Notes: generated by a model from the sequence alone, not told the origin. DNA of 51,211 nucleotides from Octopus bimaculoides (GCF_001194135.2 NC_069006.1:13446401-13497611), one strand, 5' to 3'. Counted from the stretch's first letter, positions 35,659 to 47,074 are shown. A program made the numbers and translations.

Positions 35659-35850
35659 TTGACCACTACATTTATATTTTTTTTCTCCTTGTTTCTCTCC
35701 TTATTTCTTTCTGTGTTCCTTTCAGTTGAAGAGCATAGCTCGAAACGTCAGACTTTCTCTATTCCCGAGCGTTAAACTAATACATCTATTTGTTGTTTAC
35801 ACCACCTGTCTTCGTCTGTTGTTTTTTCCGTAAATTCTCCCATTATGTAT
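35655..35850 (+). mobile_element. pLTR-like fragment between TA tracts with a degenerate HHR
   Basis: ttt-CAGTTGA-a-gagc-ata-gctc-GAAAC-GTC. The 3' end ttctcccattatg(ta) resembles the other PLE termini here. Confidence 0.5.
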
Positions 35851-36433
35851 ATATGTAACCCTTTAGCATTTAAAGCAGCTAGGGTCCAAATATTCTACGT
35901 TTTATGTTCAAACTGGCCAGATCTAGCCTGTCACATCACTACCACAATGTCATTTAAAAAATAAACAATCACATCATCAAAATCTCAAAACTACAGCATA
36001 ATGTCAAATCAATTCAAAATAACTGGTTAACTATAGATTTTCTAGTGAATCCAGAGCCAGTATTGTAAGTTATGATGTTACGTATACGAATACACCTATG
36101 TGAAGAATGCAATTGAAGATAGGAAAAATAGGTAATGGGTGTATATATACATTTCAGGAGTTATTTCTCTGTCATCAGCACCACATCCAACCCATCCACC
36201 ATCATATTGTTTAAATACCCACTAAGTTTAGTGGTATAACACATTCCTGATAACTAGTAATTAAAATTTACATACTAATTAAAAATAATGTGAATAAATA
36301 AGCCTAATATTTGATAGATTAATCTGAATGCAAAATGGTTAAATTTGATTTATAAAATAGGATTTTAACAATTATTAAATTCATTAGCTGCTTTAATGAC
36401 ATGTAAACTCATTAAATTTCTTATTTTGTACAG

Positions 36434-37186
36434 GTTCGTTATAACAAGTTACTGTGTATAATCATCTTGAGTATTTGGTCAATGAGTTTGATCCAGTTCT
36501 CATTGGTTCTCACAGCATCCAGCGCCCGTCATGACCAGTCAGGACTGGTATCCCAAGAACGTACATCACGCTTGAAAAACTGTTGCCAAGCTGATGTCTA
36601 TGGTATTATGATCTCAATATTTCTGCAAGACGGCCCATTCTTGGCCCTTCGTTTGATGCTTATCTTCAAGTACAAAGTGGTCAGCTACACAAATATGTTC
36701 TTCACATCCAAAAACAGTCTCGTCATTATTCTCTTAATCTACAGACTTGTGGTTGTACAGATACAGATGAAGAAATCAAATTCACCAAAGATATCTCTAC
36801 CGATTCATGCCAACCGGAAGTACCAAACAGTTCGAGCCATTCATGAAACAGAAACAAACTTCCCAACTCAAAGGAACATGTTGCCGATGAACCAGTCTCC
36901 CAGTAAACCCAACGGGCGTATAAGGGGCCGGGAATTCTACAGGACTCACCAATTGAGCCAGCCTGCTCTGAACTCGTCCAGTCACCAGTTGTTACCTGTC
37001 TACCAGCAACAACAACCATCGAGTCTACCTCATTTGTCCTCGAGGAAGGGTAAAGCACACATGAGTCACTCTAGTTTGCACTCAAGCCATTCTCACCAAC
37101 ATCTCACCAACAAACCACTTTTCCCTCCAAATCAAAACAAAATGACTCGGTCCATGACCACAGACAGAATCAATTCACCCATTTGA
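36434..37186 (+). CDS. TMEM26: TMEM26-like gene, last coding exon (VRYNKLLCIIILSIWSMSLIQFSLVLTA...LQDGPFLALRLMLIF...KNSLVIILLIYRL plus 139-aa tail, stop TGA)
   Basis: Acceptor ttattttgtacag|GTT is phase 0. The TMEM26 motifs IWS.SL.QF.LVLT, QDGPFL..RL.LIF and FF..KN.LVI.L..YRL are present. The frame is open to TGA at 37184-37186. Confidence 0.93.
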   Translation, partial: VRYNKLLCIIILSIWSMSLIQFSLVLTASSARHDQSGLVSQERTSRLKNCCQADVYGIMISIFLQDGPFLALRLMLIFKYKVVSYTNMFFTSKNSLVIILLIYRLVVVQIQMKKSNSPKISLPIHANRKYQTVRAIHETETNFPTQRNMLPMNQSPSKPNGRIRGREFYRTHQLSQPALNSSSHQLLPVYQQQQPSSLPHLSSRKGKAHMSHSSLHSSHSHQHLTNKPLFPPNQNKMTRSMTTDRINSPI

Positions 37187-37726
37187 ACACCTCCCCTCAT
37201 CCTAGATACAATAACCATTCTCTCTTGCAAAAAAAAAAAAGAAACACTCATACACAAACAACAAAAACAAACACTCATACACAAACAATACTCAAAGGAC
37301 ATTCTATTAATCTTCTCTCTTCGTCCAGGACAGTCAACAGATTTGCCATGAGAATCATCCTCACCACAAGATGGCACCACTAAGTATTCCTAAAATTCTT
37401 AACTTTTATTTCTTTTGTTGTTGCTTTCTGGTTTTTTTTACACTGAATTTCTTTTGGGACATTGTTACAAGGATGGGTTTTTTTTCAGTTTTTGTTTGAC
37501 CCAAGGTCAACTAAATGGGCTAACTTCTGATCATGCTCCAACTGTGACCATCACATTTAAATCTAGCACAAGGCTTCTCAAACAGTGCATTGAAAAGTGT
37601 CTCTAGGTGCTCCACAGAGTTTTAAGAAACTGAAGAGTTTATTAAATCCCTTATTAATTCTTGAATGTCTTAAAAAAAAACAAATACCTCATTAGTCATC
37701 ATTTTATTTTAGACATCAGTATAATT

Positions 37727-37732
37727 AATAAA
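37727..37732 (+). promoter_or_regulatory. Candidate polyadenylation signal for the TMEM26-like gene
   Basis: AATAAA about 540 nt after the stop, followed by a GT-rich tract. This hexamer is common in AT-rich DNA, so the evidence is weak. Confidence 0.25.
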
Positions 37733-37789
37733 ACATAGTAAACGATAGTTTCATATATATGTGTGTGTATGTGTGTGTGTTGTATGGGA

Positions 37790-38045
37790 TATGGAGTCCT
37801 AAAATTATGTGGCTATCACAGCAAGCTCCTGTAACAGACTCAGCTATCAAACCACACAGTAACCCAATGCAGAAGATTCAATCAATGAAATTACTTGACC
37901 GTAAAAAGTCAGGTGGTTTGAGAGGTGAATGTATCTATTTAGCCACTTGATGTCCTCAGGATATTTTGCAGTCTTCTTCATGTAGTAATAATTACAGTTT
38001 GGAATAAAATGATATTTACATGTTTGCATTAATATGCATGGCATG
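37790..38045 (+). repeat. Repeat family D copy
   Basis: Matches 20500-20705 and 43685-43850 in the opposite orientation. Confidence 0.75.
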
Positions 38046-38244
38046 CATATTAATGCAAAACAATTCTGTATTCAGAAACCAGTGCAAAATCTGCTCTATT
38101 CCTGAAGTGGCTCTCTCACAATGAGAACTCTAATTAAATTTAATAAGTTTTGACTAGAGACAAAAAAGTCAAGATAACTGCAATCTCACCTTGGGATGAA
38201 CAACTCTACACAAGTCACTGATCTTGTGGAGATATACTAAATAT

Positions 38245-38480
38245 ACTAGGGCGGTGAGCTGGCAGAATCGTTAGCATGCTGGGCAAAATGCTTAGCGGTA
38301 TTTTGTCTGCCATTATGTTCTGAGTTCAAATTCTGCCGAGGTTGACTTTGCCTTTCATCCTTTCGGGGTCGATTAAATAAGTACCAGTTACGCACAGGGG
38401 TCGATGTAATCGACTTACTCCCTTTGTCTGTCCTTATTTGTCACCTCTGTGTTTAGTCCCCTGTGGGCAATAAAGAAAGA
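38245..38480 (+). mobile_element. Full-length SINE family A with a 14-bp TSD
   Basis: TSD gatatactaaatat (38231-38244) / gatatacttaatat (38481-38494). Head gggcggtgagctggcagaatcgttagc. Confidence 0.92.
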
Positions 38481-39309
38481 GATATACTTAATATTTTGGA
38501 TTAAAGGTGAATTTCATAATCTTGAAAGTGGTCTTTATAGGGACGATGCTTTGCTCACTGTATGACCGTGTTAGAACAAAGAAGAAAAAAACTTAGACAC
38601 TTTAAGAATGTAGGTTTGTGTATCACATTTAATGACAACTCTAAAGTAGTAAATTTTCTAGATGTTAGTCTGGGTCTTTGAGCCTTTCCATAAACCAAAT
38701 CAGCATCTACCTTCTCAAACAATCCTAGAGCTGTCATATGTTCCTTAGTTAAAAGTGTATCCTCCTGTATATCATTGCTCTGATAACCAGGATATAATTG
38801 ACCATAATACTAGCCACTATAACGAGGCTCCAGCTGGGGCTGATTATAAAGAAAAAAATAGCACATCTCCCAAAAGGCTTTAATTCTCCTGCCTCTACTA
38901 ATCTTGCGAGGTTATCTAACGGATGTCCTGCTCTAATTAATATCGAATTAATATGAAAAAGTGTTAACCATAGACAATAGAAACTTACTAAATCCTACTT
39001 TAACTGTCAGAAGGACTAAGGATAGAGGTGTTAGTACAATTGCTAATCATACGTGTGCTAAACTTCAGAAACTAAATACCAATGAATATCCTAAGAAATA
39101 TATTGGTGATAATTACAATTATTTGCCATCTGAATATAATAAATTAATAAAACTAATATGAGTTATGCCTGTGATATGCCCAATATAATAACTGTGAACA
39201 GCCATAAAACTAGCTTACAAAAATGGTGTAAATGAAGTAGAAAGAAAGAAAAAAAGATCTGTTTGTGAAATTATAAATAAATCAGTGATTAAGTCATTAA
39301 TGATGATAA

Positions 39310-39535
39310 TAATGATATTGGTTTCAAATTTTGGCACAAGGCCAGCAATTTTGAGGGAGTGAGTAAGTCCTTTACATTGACCCAAGTGTTCAACTGGTAC
39401 TTAATTTATTGATCCTGAAAGCATGAAAGATGAAGTCAACCTTGATTGAATTTGAACTCAGAACTTAAAGACAAAGGAAATGCTGCTAAGCATTTTGTCC
39501 AGAGTGCTAATGATTCTGCCAACTCAGCACCTTAA
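39310..39535 (-). mobile_element. SINE family A inside the PLE
   Basis: gtttcaaattttggcacaaggccagc...gaatttgaactcagaac...gattctgccaactcagcacc. Confidence 0.85.
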
Positions 39536-40794
39536 AATTATAATAATAATAACAACGACATTAATAAAAGTAACCCTGTAGATGTTGCTAAATTACTTTA
39601 GGCTCCACAACATCAGATTGGAATAAGCTTAAAAATAAAAATAACAATAGTTTATGTAGGAATATTTTGTGATTCATCCCCTCCCCTCCATTGTATAAGC
39701 TGCTTGAAATTTGGTTTGAAAACTTTTGAAGCTTCAGAAAAACACTTCCCTAAGTCCTATATCATAAAATCTTCAATAGACACATGGTTAAACTGGCTTA
39801 CTCAACCATGCCTAATATTGCTGAATATATAGTAAAATTTAACCATAGTAAATTGATCTATGCAATTTATAATAATACAAACTACTGACTGTCCATCTAA
39901 TAGTACTATTCATAGCCATCTAAATAACTGAAATAAAACATCTGCTGCAAATAATCAACATATTGATGTAGTTGATTCTAATAAAAGAACTATTAATGAT
40001 AGTCACTGAAACCATCATACCTACCAAAAGTCAGACTAATCTTGCTCTATGTAATTTTCATAAGAAATCATTGTGTCCTATTAATAACCAGTGCCTTAAG
40101 CAAAATATAGTGTATAGGTGCTCTATCACTGCTTTTGACAAATGTTTATATCGGTGCATCCTCTTCATCATTGAAACTTCATTGGAATAATCACAAATCT
40201 ACAATCAGACATAAAGACAAGGTTAGTAGTTCTTTTCTAGCTAAATTCGTACATTCGCTCATTGATAAGAGTGTTGGAAATAAACTTGCTTGGTCTGTTG
40301 TATGTAATGCACAACCATTATAAGGATGGTGGTAGTGATTGGTTTGGTCTTTGTATCTGAGGCATTCCATATCAATAAAATTAAATCGAATATTATCAAT
40401 CAACATGATGAATTAATTATGAGATGCCAACACCTTCAATACAAATCGGTCCTATATGCTAACTGTACTTAACCTTATACTTAATTATTGCACCTATAAA
40501 TATTATAGCCTAGATCAAAGCAATTGTATAATTCCCAAACCTATGGTTAACTATTATTTTGTCTCACCTTAATAATAGATTATTTATCAGACCATATTCA
40601 GACATTCCGTTATTTGTAAATTACTTATTACCCATTATTTTATAACATTCCAGCCTATTATATTGTATGTCTAAACTATCTTTTGTATATCATTGAAGTT
40701 GTTACTGAAGACCACCTTGATTCTATAATCCTACACCTTAAACTTCTTTACAATCTTCATTGACTTTGTCTATTATTATTATTATTATTATTAT

Positions 40795-41350
40795 TGTGTG
40801 AGAGAGCAGCATATGCTGTCAAAGTGACACTGGGGTACAAAAATACGAAGCCCAGTATACCCATCATGACTACCGTCTGATAAGGGTACACCAGGCACAT
40901 GCATCACAACTATATGTGCACAACATGGTAATCTCATATTAAGATAAACAGCACATGACCTTGCAGGTGGGGCCCAGTTAGACTTTTCTTCAGGTTGAGT
41001 AGCCCATCCCACTTGAAAGGTCCATGAATAAAGCTTGTTTAAGGATGATGAATGAAGTATGTGTGTTCCCAGAGGTGAATTATTCACATCCCAAAGAATT
41101 CCTCTCAACACATAGTTATGATGCTCCCCCACTACTTCTGCTCATGATCAGAAATGCACATATTGTCAGCCACCAAGGGACATGTTCAACTGGTTCAGGT
41201 CAAACAACTGACAAGCAAATCTGTGGTATTGAGCAAAATATTTGCTGTAGCCCAACTGTTATACTAAGACAAAGCAATGTACACGATAACACTTCCAATC
41301 AGTTAAGATCAGAAGCCATGAGAGCCACTGCCTGGGACTGCATCAGGGCA
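40795..41350 (-). mobile_element. Unclassified element of about 555 bp between (TTA)n tracts, probably a non-autonomous retroposon with a (TAA)n tail
   Basis: A GC-richer, non-coding block with sharp boundaries at trinucleotide repeats. Confidence 0.5.
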
Positions 41351-42179
41351 TTTATTATTATTTTTATTACTATTATACACAGTTCATTAAAATTACTTTT
41401 ATAATCCTGTTGGCGGATCCAATCTGATAGAAGTGTTCACTTTTTAGCATTAAGGATTGGCTATATGTTTACATCCATAATCTTCTATACGAGATCACAT
41501 ACCTGTCTGATATATTGAGGTGTGTATAAATGTATGTCTGTATGTTTAGATAGTTGTATGTGTTTACATTTTATTCTTCTTTGCATGTATTGGTTCATTT
41601 ATACGTAAGATCTGTATATATCTCAGTAGGTCTAGACATTTTTATGTGTATGTATATATGGTTATATATAGTCACAGTGAGGATATATAAACCTCTTATA
41701 GGGATATTTTATCCAATATACACTGGTTTAATATATCATATTTTGAAGAGATATTTCTTTAATGAATATATTATATAAAATATCGTTAAATATCAAACAT
41801 TATTGCTGAGTTAGAAAACAGAGATCTAATGGTTACAAATTAATTTATTAATTAATCAATTAATTTGTATCCATTAGATCTCACATCTTTCCTAACTTGA
41901 TAATTATGTTTCTATATATGTACATATATATGTATGTGTTTGTATGTGTGAGTGCATGTGTATACACTATTCTCTATTTAAATTAAATGTTTTTCAGGTG
42001 ATGCAAATATTTTGTCTTTACTTTTTCTGTGAGTGTATATATATGTGTCTTTATATTTTGTCTTTACTTTTTCTATGAGTGTATATATATGTGTGCATGT
42101 TTATGTGTATGTATCTATACATACATGTATGTGCATATATTTGTATATCTATATGTATATATAAATGTCTATATGGATA

Positions 42180-42302
42180 TACACAAAAGGGGCTGATAGA
42201 ATAAGTCCTAAGCTTACAAAGAATAAGTCCTGGGGTCGATTTGCTCGACTAAAGGCAGTGCTCCAGCATGGCCACAGTCAAATGACTGAAACTAGTAAAA
42301 GA
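42180..42302 (+). mobile_element. SINE family B 3' end
   Basis: gatagaataagt...ggggtcgatttgctcgactaaaggc.gtgctccagcatggccacagtcaaatgactgaaac. Confidence 0.85.
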
Positions 42303-42329
42303 GGGTTGTTTTTTTTATCACCAGTTATA

Positions 42330-43230
42330 ATAAAAACAATTTTACATTAATCTGGAAGATAACTCTATACTTTTGTAGAATACAAATTTATTATTCTTTA
42401 ACAAGAATAATACTGACAGTGGCTTCAGTTTCGGCCGGCTAAACCAATGTTAATACACAATGCATTGAAATCAATCTTTGCTTTATGTAGCCTCTGTTGA
42501 GATAAAAATTTCCTTAGGCTGTTAGGGTAGGTTGTGATGGAGAAATTTTTATTGGTTAAATTTGGGGTTATGTTATTGCTTGGAATTTAATTATGCATGT
42601 AGAACCTTGTACATATGGGTGTATATTTAAGAGTGTCAGCTTCACGTCATGGGATAGTTTTTTAATTGTTCACAAATAGTATGTAGATAGGTACAGGAAG
42701 TTCTTTTGGTTAGAGGATGTGCCAACAGTCTTAGTTATCTTTGTTTTATTGGATTTAATTCTTTGCTTTGACAATGTAACAGTCAAAGTCCCAAGTTTTG
42801 TCCAGTATTTGAAAACTTGGTAATTGGGTGTAACAACTTTCTTGGAACGAAATTTTTTGGGGGTTCCTGAAAGAATTTAAGTAGATGGCATGTTTTAGCT
42901 GATCAGTATGTTTCTTTACTTGTTGATGGTATCTAGGATATTTCTTGTTTTTCATTGGAAGGTGGAGGTAATCAGTCAAGCATGTCATGGTGTTGTTACA
43001 GTAGAAGTTTCTTTATCTTGTTCACAAGAAGATAAGGGTAGGCGTAAAGGTTATTAGTCTCTATGTTTCTCTTTAGGGGTTCACTTTTCTTTAAGCAGTT
43101 TGATAAATATGGGGACATTTTAACCTTTGTGTTTTATGGAGACAAAGTTTGTGGGCTTATGAATATATAAATATTTTCTTCGATTCTGCTTCAAATGTGG
43201 AAATTTTATAACATATTGTTTCAGGCCTAT
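42330..43230 (-). mobile_element. Heavily decayed Penelope-like remnant (Poseidon-like thumb/linker)
   Basis: Minus frames give YIHKPTN (cf. YYKPTD), YLNSFRNPQ (cf. INS.RQP.NL) and KNFLYLST. Many disablements. Confidence 0.45.
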
Positions 43231-43684
43231 GGATATATGTGAAAGTGGAGCATTATAAAAAGTGTGTATACACTCCTGTATAAAACTGAGAATAAAATTT
43301 AATTTATAAATATATATATATGTGTGTGTATGTGTGTGTCTTTTTTCTTTATATGTAATTTCATATACTTTTTAAGCTATATTTTAATATTTACTTTAAT
43401 TAATTTATTTTCTCTTTTTAACTCTTCCTGTTTTTGTTAATATTATGGATGGTCAACTTTCTGAACTTCTATCTAACACCTTAATTAATATGAAACAATA
43501 TATCTTTATTTTTAGTAATCAAACCAAGCTAATTTCGGGCTTCCATACATTTTATGTATAAAGAGAAAAAATTGTGTCTGTTTACCTAGAGTTGAGTCAT
43601 TGGTGCCACCATGGATGTTATTGTTATCTGATGTGCTAGCTTTCTTTATTTGTATTGATTTGGGAATATGCAATCGTATTGTAT

Positions 43685-43850
43685 AATGCATGGAATGCAT
43701 AGTAATGCAAACATGTAAATATAATTTTATTCCAAGCTGAAATTATTGCTACATGAAGAAGGCTGCAAAATGGTCCTACACTAAGAATGTCGAGTAGTTA
43801 AATATATTCAACTCTCATACCTCCTGACTTTTTATGATTCATGATGTCCT
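43685..43850 (-). repeat. Repeat family D copy
   Basis: Reverse complement of 37895-38045. Confidence 0.75.
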
Positions 43851-44369
43851 CTGACAATGGTCTTTCTCTCTCTCTCTCTCTCTCTCTCGCACACATACAT
43901 ACACACATTTTTTTCTTACACACTCTTTATATGTATTATGTATTTATGTGTATCTATATAGGTATGTGTATATAATGTGTGTGTGTGTGTGTATTGTGTA
44001 GTAGTAGAAGTAATAGTAGTTGTTATAATAGTGAGCCACATGACAAAAGAAGTTGTTGTGTTCAACAACTTTTTACACAGAGTGAGATGGAGTCAACTTA
44101 GTCAGGGATGGTCATCAGATCTGGCAGAGCTGAGTTTAGAATTGAAAGTGAGTATTTATCTCTCTAATACAAATTGACTACTGTACTCTAATTAAGCAAT
44201 GTACACTAACTGACCTGTTAATAAACGTATCCTAATTAACCTTTGTACACTAATTAATCTATGTCCACTGATTAACTTGTTGATCTTATGTGTAATAAAA
44301 ACTTTTGTATATTAATTGACCTGTGCAGCAATATTTCTTTATATTAAACGAACCCCTTCTTGACACCTA

Positions 44370-44990
44370 AACCAGAGGTGGGGGTGCAGAAATATTAATT
44401 AAAACAATAATTAAATATAACTTTAATTTATTAACTATGATTTTTTGTCTAATTCACTCACAAGTTGTCATTAAAGGAAAAAAAAATCTTAATAACTGAA
44501 CTTGAAATGCTGTTGTTTAAAGTTGAATTAACTCCACTCTTTGGTCTGGATTATCTTCTTTAAGAGTTTGGATTATTCTTGGAATATGACCTTTCCAATG
44601 ACTGAACTTCAAAATGCAATTGATGTTTGCCTTTGAAATTCTTGTCTCATTTGCTGCACAGATTTTCTTCGACTCTGGCATTATGGCTCTGATTTGTTTT
44701 CTTGCACTGTGGGGCTTGTTGATGTGCACAGTCTTCTGAAGCATTTCTTGTGGACATTCCAGTTCCGTCTGCTTCTGTAAGTGTTGTAAGTGAATCTGTT
44801 TGAAATTCCCTCCCAAATTCTCTTTGCACTTTGCACAAATTCAACTTTGCACTTCAAATTTTCAGATTTCCTTTGTTAAAAACTTAGACTGGCTCCCTTA
44901 ATTATTTGTAAGGGGTTCAATCTAAAAAGAAATGAGAAGTGTCAGTTGTTAAAGTGCATATGGACATTTTTCTGGGAAGATACAACTGGC
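44370..44990 (-). mobile_element. Tc1/mariner-superfamily relic, N-terminal HTH half only
   Basis: NLCKVQREFGREFQTD..T.LT..EADGT, and ...AANETRISKANINCILK..HWKGHIPRIIQTLKEDNPDQRVE. Confidence 0.75.
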
Positions 44991-45029
44991 ATTGGTGTGT
45001 TTGCATCCTCATAATGTAGTGGTTTTGGA

Positions 45030-45150
45030 AAAAGAGACTCATGGAATAAGAACCAGGCTTACAAAAAAGTGCAGGTATCAATTTATTCAAAAAAAAAAAT
45101 TCATGGTGCTCCAGTATGGCTACTGTCTAATGATGGATAAAGATAAAATA
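45030..45150 (+). mobile_element. SINE family B 3' end, diverged
   Basis: gaataagaaccaggcttac...ggtgctccagtatggc.acagtctaatga. Confidence 0.65.
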
Positions 45151-45483
45151 TATAACCCCATCATAATTTCAAGAAGGGATTGAAACCCTCATGCTAAGTT
45201 ATATCTTACCAAGATCAATGCCCACAAAGCCACCCAAGCAACTCTTACTTCAATCTTAAAAATAAAATAAATCTATTTTTATAAAAAAAATCTTATCTCT
45301 CTCCTGAGAGATTTATTTACTGAATTTATTCTGAGAAAAAAGCATATTTACCGAGATGCAATTCGAAATTCCCGCCACTTACATAGGGGAACAGCGATGA
45401 ACAGTCTTCTATATACTATATTGGATACACGGTGTTCGAGTGGTGTGTTGATTTTCTGTTTACTTCTATTTCTCTTGACCATA

Positions 45484-45542
45484 TTATACTGATGAGTAGG
45501 GGTTGTATAATACTACAATAACTACGAAATCATGATCTATAA
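45484..45542 (+). ncRNA. Canonical type I hammerhead ribozyme
   Basis: ttata-CTGATGA-gtag(gg)gttgta-taatac-tacaat(aa)ctac-GAAA-TCATGA-TC-tataa. Stem I is 5 bp, the G10.1-C11.1 pair is present, stem III is the palindrome ATCATGAT, and AUC cleavage is predicted after 45537. Confidence 0.85.
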
Positions 45543-46547
45543 GTTAGTCTGTTTTTAAGGGGTTGGCTTTGAGAGTTGCATTTCCTCGCGTNNNNNNNNN
45601 NNNNNNNNNNNNNNNNNNNNNNNNNNNNNNNNNNNNNNNNNNNNNNNNNNNNNNNNNNNNNNNNNNNNNNNNNNNNNNNNNNNNNNNNNNNATATATATA
45701 GAATTACTATGCTGTTATGGCAATATATATGATGTAATTATATTATCTGATGTGTGTGTGTGTGTACAAATATATATGTATCATCATCATCATCTCTTCT
45801 GAATGGTGTACTAATGTTGGATTGTTCAAGATTCTGAACATCAGAAGAATAGGGTGTGATGCAAGGGTCAGAATCACAGGGACATGGGTTAGTTAGTTCT
45901 TGGAAAACCAGACTGATAAAACATATATACACACACAAATGCATATATTATATACATACATGTACATATATATATAGATAAGATACACACACACTTTTAT
46001 TATCATCATCATCATCATCATCAGGTTTTAAAAGCACTGTATGTGTTTCACCTAATTTAAAAGTACTGTATTTGTTTTGTGTACTTTAAAGTTCAGTTAA
46101 ACTGATAATTTCAGTCTAACTTTCCACTTTCTCTGCAGACAATGCAAAGAAATGAGTAGTTGTGGCATTTATGCCTTTTCTGTAAGAACATGTCTATTGA
46201 AGTCATACTGTAACACCTAAATCATTTATTTTTACCTTAAAGACGGAAGGTTTTATGTTGATCATAGTATATTACTGGTATGTAATTCNNNNNNNNNNNN
46301 NNNNNNNNNNNNNNNNNNNNNNNNNNNNNNNNNNNNNNNNNNNNNNNNNNNNNNNNNNNNNNNNNNNNNNNNNNNNNNNNNNNNNATGGAAGTCAAAGTT
46401 GAGCAAAACAGAATTTAAACACAACCAGGTGCAAGGAGGGAAGTAAATACCAAGAGGTATGAGTTTAGTGTCTTATTGATTCATCCATTTATAACGAAGA
46501 TTTCAAACTGGAGTCAATGGCTGAGTTTTAGTTGCACCCACCCTATT

Positions 46548-46740
46548 ATTGGTTTCAAATTTGGGGGAAGGGGGTAAGTCAATAGCATCGACCCCAGTGT
46601 GCAACTGGTACTTATTTTATCAACCCAGAAAGGATGAAAGGCAAAGTCAACCACAGCAGAATTTGAACTCAGAACCTGGTCAAAATGCTTAGCAGCATTC
46701 TGTCCTGTGTGCTAACAATTCCGCCAACTTGCTGCCCTAG
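46548..46740 (-). mobile_element. SINE family A
   Basis: ctggtacttattttatcaacccagaaaggatgaaaggcaaagtcaac...gaatttgaactcag. Confidence 0.85.
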
Positions 46741-47074
46741 GTCCCTCGCCGCCTCCTTTATATTATTAGTTAGTTTTTTTATTTTTTTATTTATATTGGC
46801 CCAGGACAATGAAATGAATGGCAAACTTGACCTCGGCAGGATTTGAACACAAAATGTAAAGAGCCAAAGCTTTCCTCAACAATTAGAAACAGAGATTACA
46901 GGGACTCTTAACTGGGGCACAAATCTACCAGTTTTGGAGAAAGACTGTAATCGACCCTGGTAAGATCTGAACTAGCAATAAAAAGGGAAATCTGGTGCCT
47001 TACCATTTCTGCCACATCACCAAAACCTCTGGACTTCTAACAGAAACATAAGGGCCACACTTTCAGGGGAGACA

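Larger units (their letters stand above)
38060..40760 (+). mobile_element. Decayed Penelope-like retroelement (Neptune/Nematis type): RT, thumb, linker and GIY-YIG, interrupted by two SINEs
   Basis: GLYRDD (YRDD at 38536-38547), GLCITF..NSKVVNFLDV.L, FHKPN, SLVKSVSS, HKIFNRHMVKLAYSTMPNI, CP.NNQCLKQNIVY..YIG..LKLHWNNHKS and RCQH. Many stops and frameshifts. Confidence 0.85.

Noticed and set aside
36165-36185. CTGATGA-caga-GAAA on the minus strand as an HHR
   Set aside because: There is no stem II, III or I pairing.
40705-40740. CTGAAGA in the 3' UTR of the large PLE
   Set aside because: The position is suggestive, but no GAAA or stems survive.
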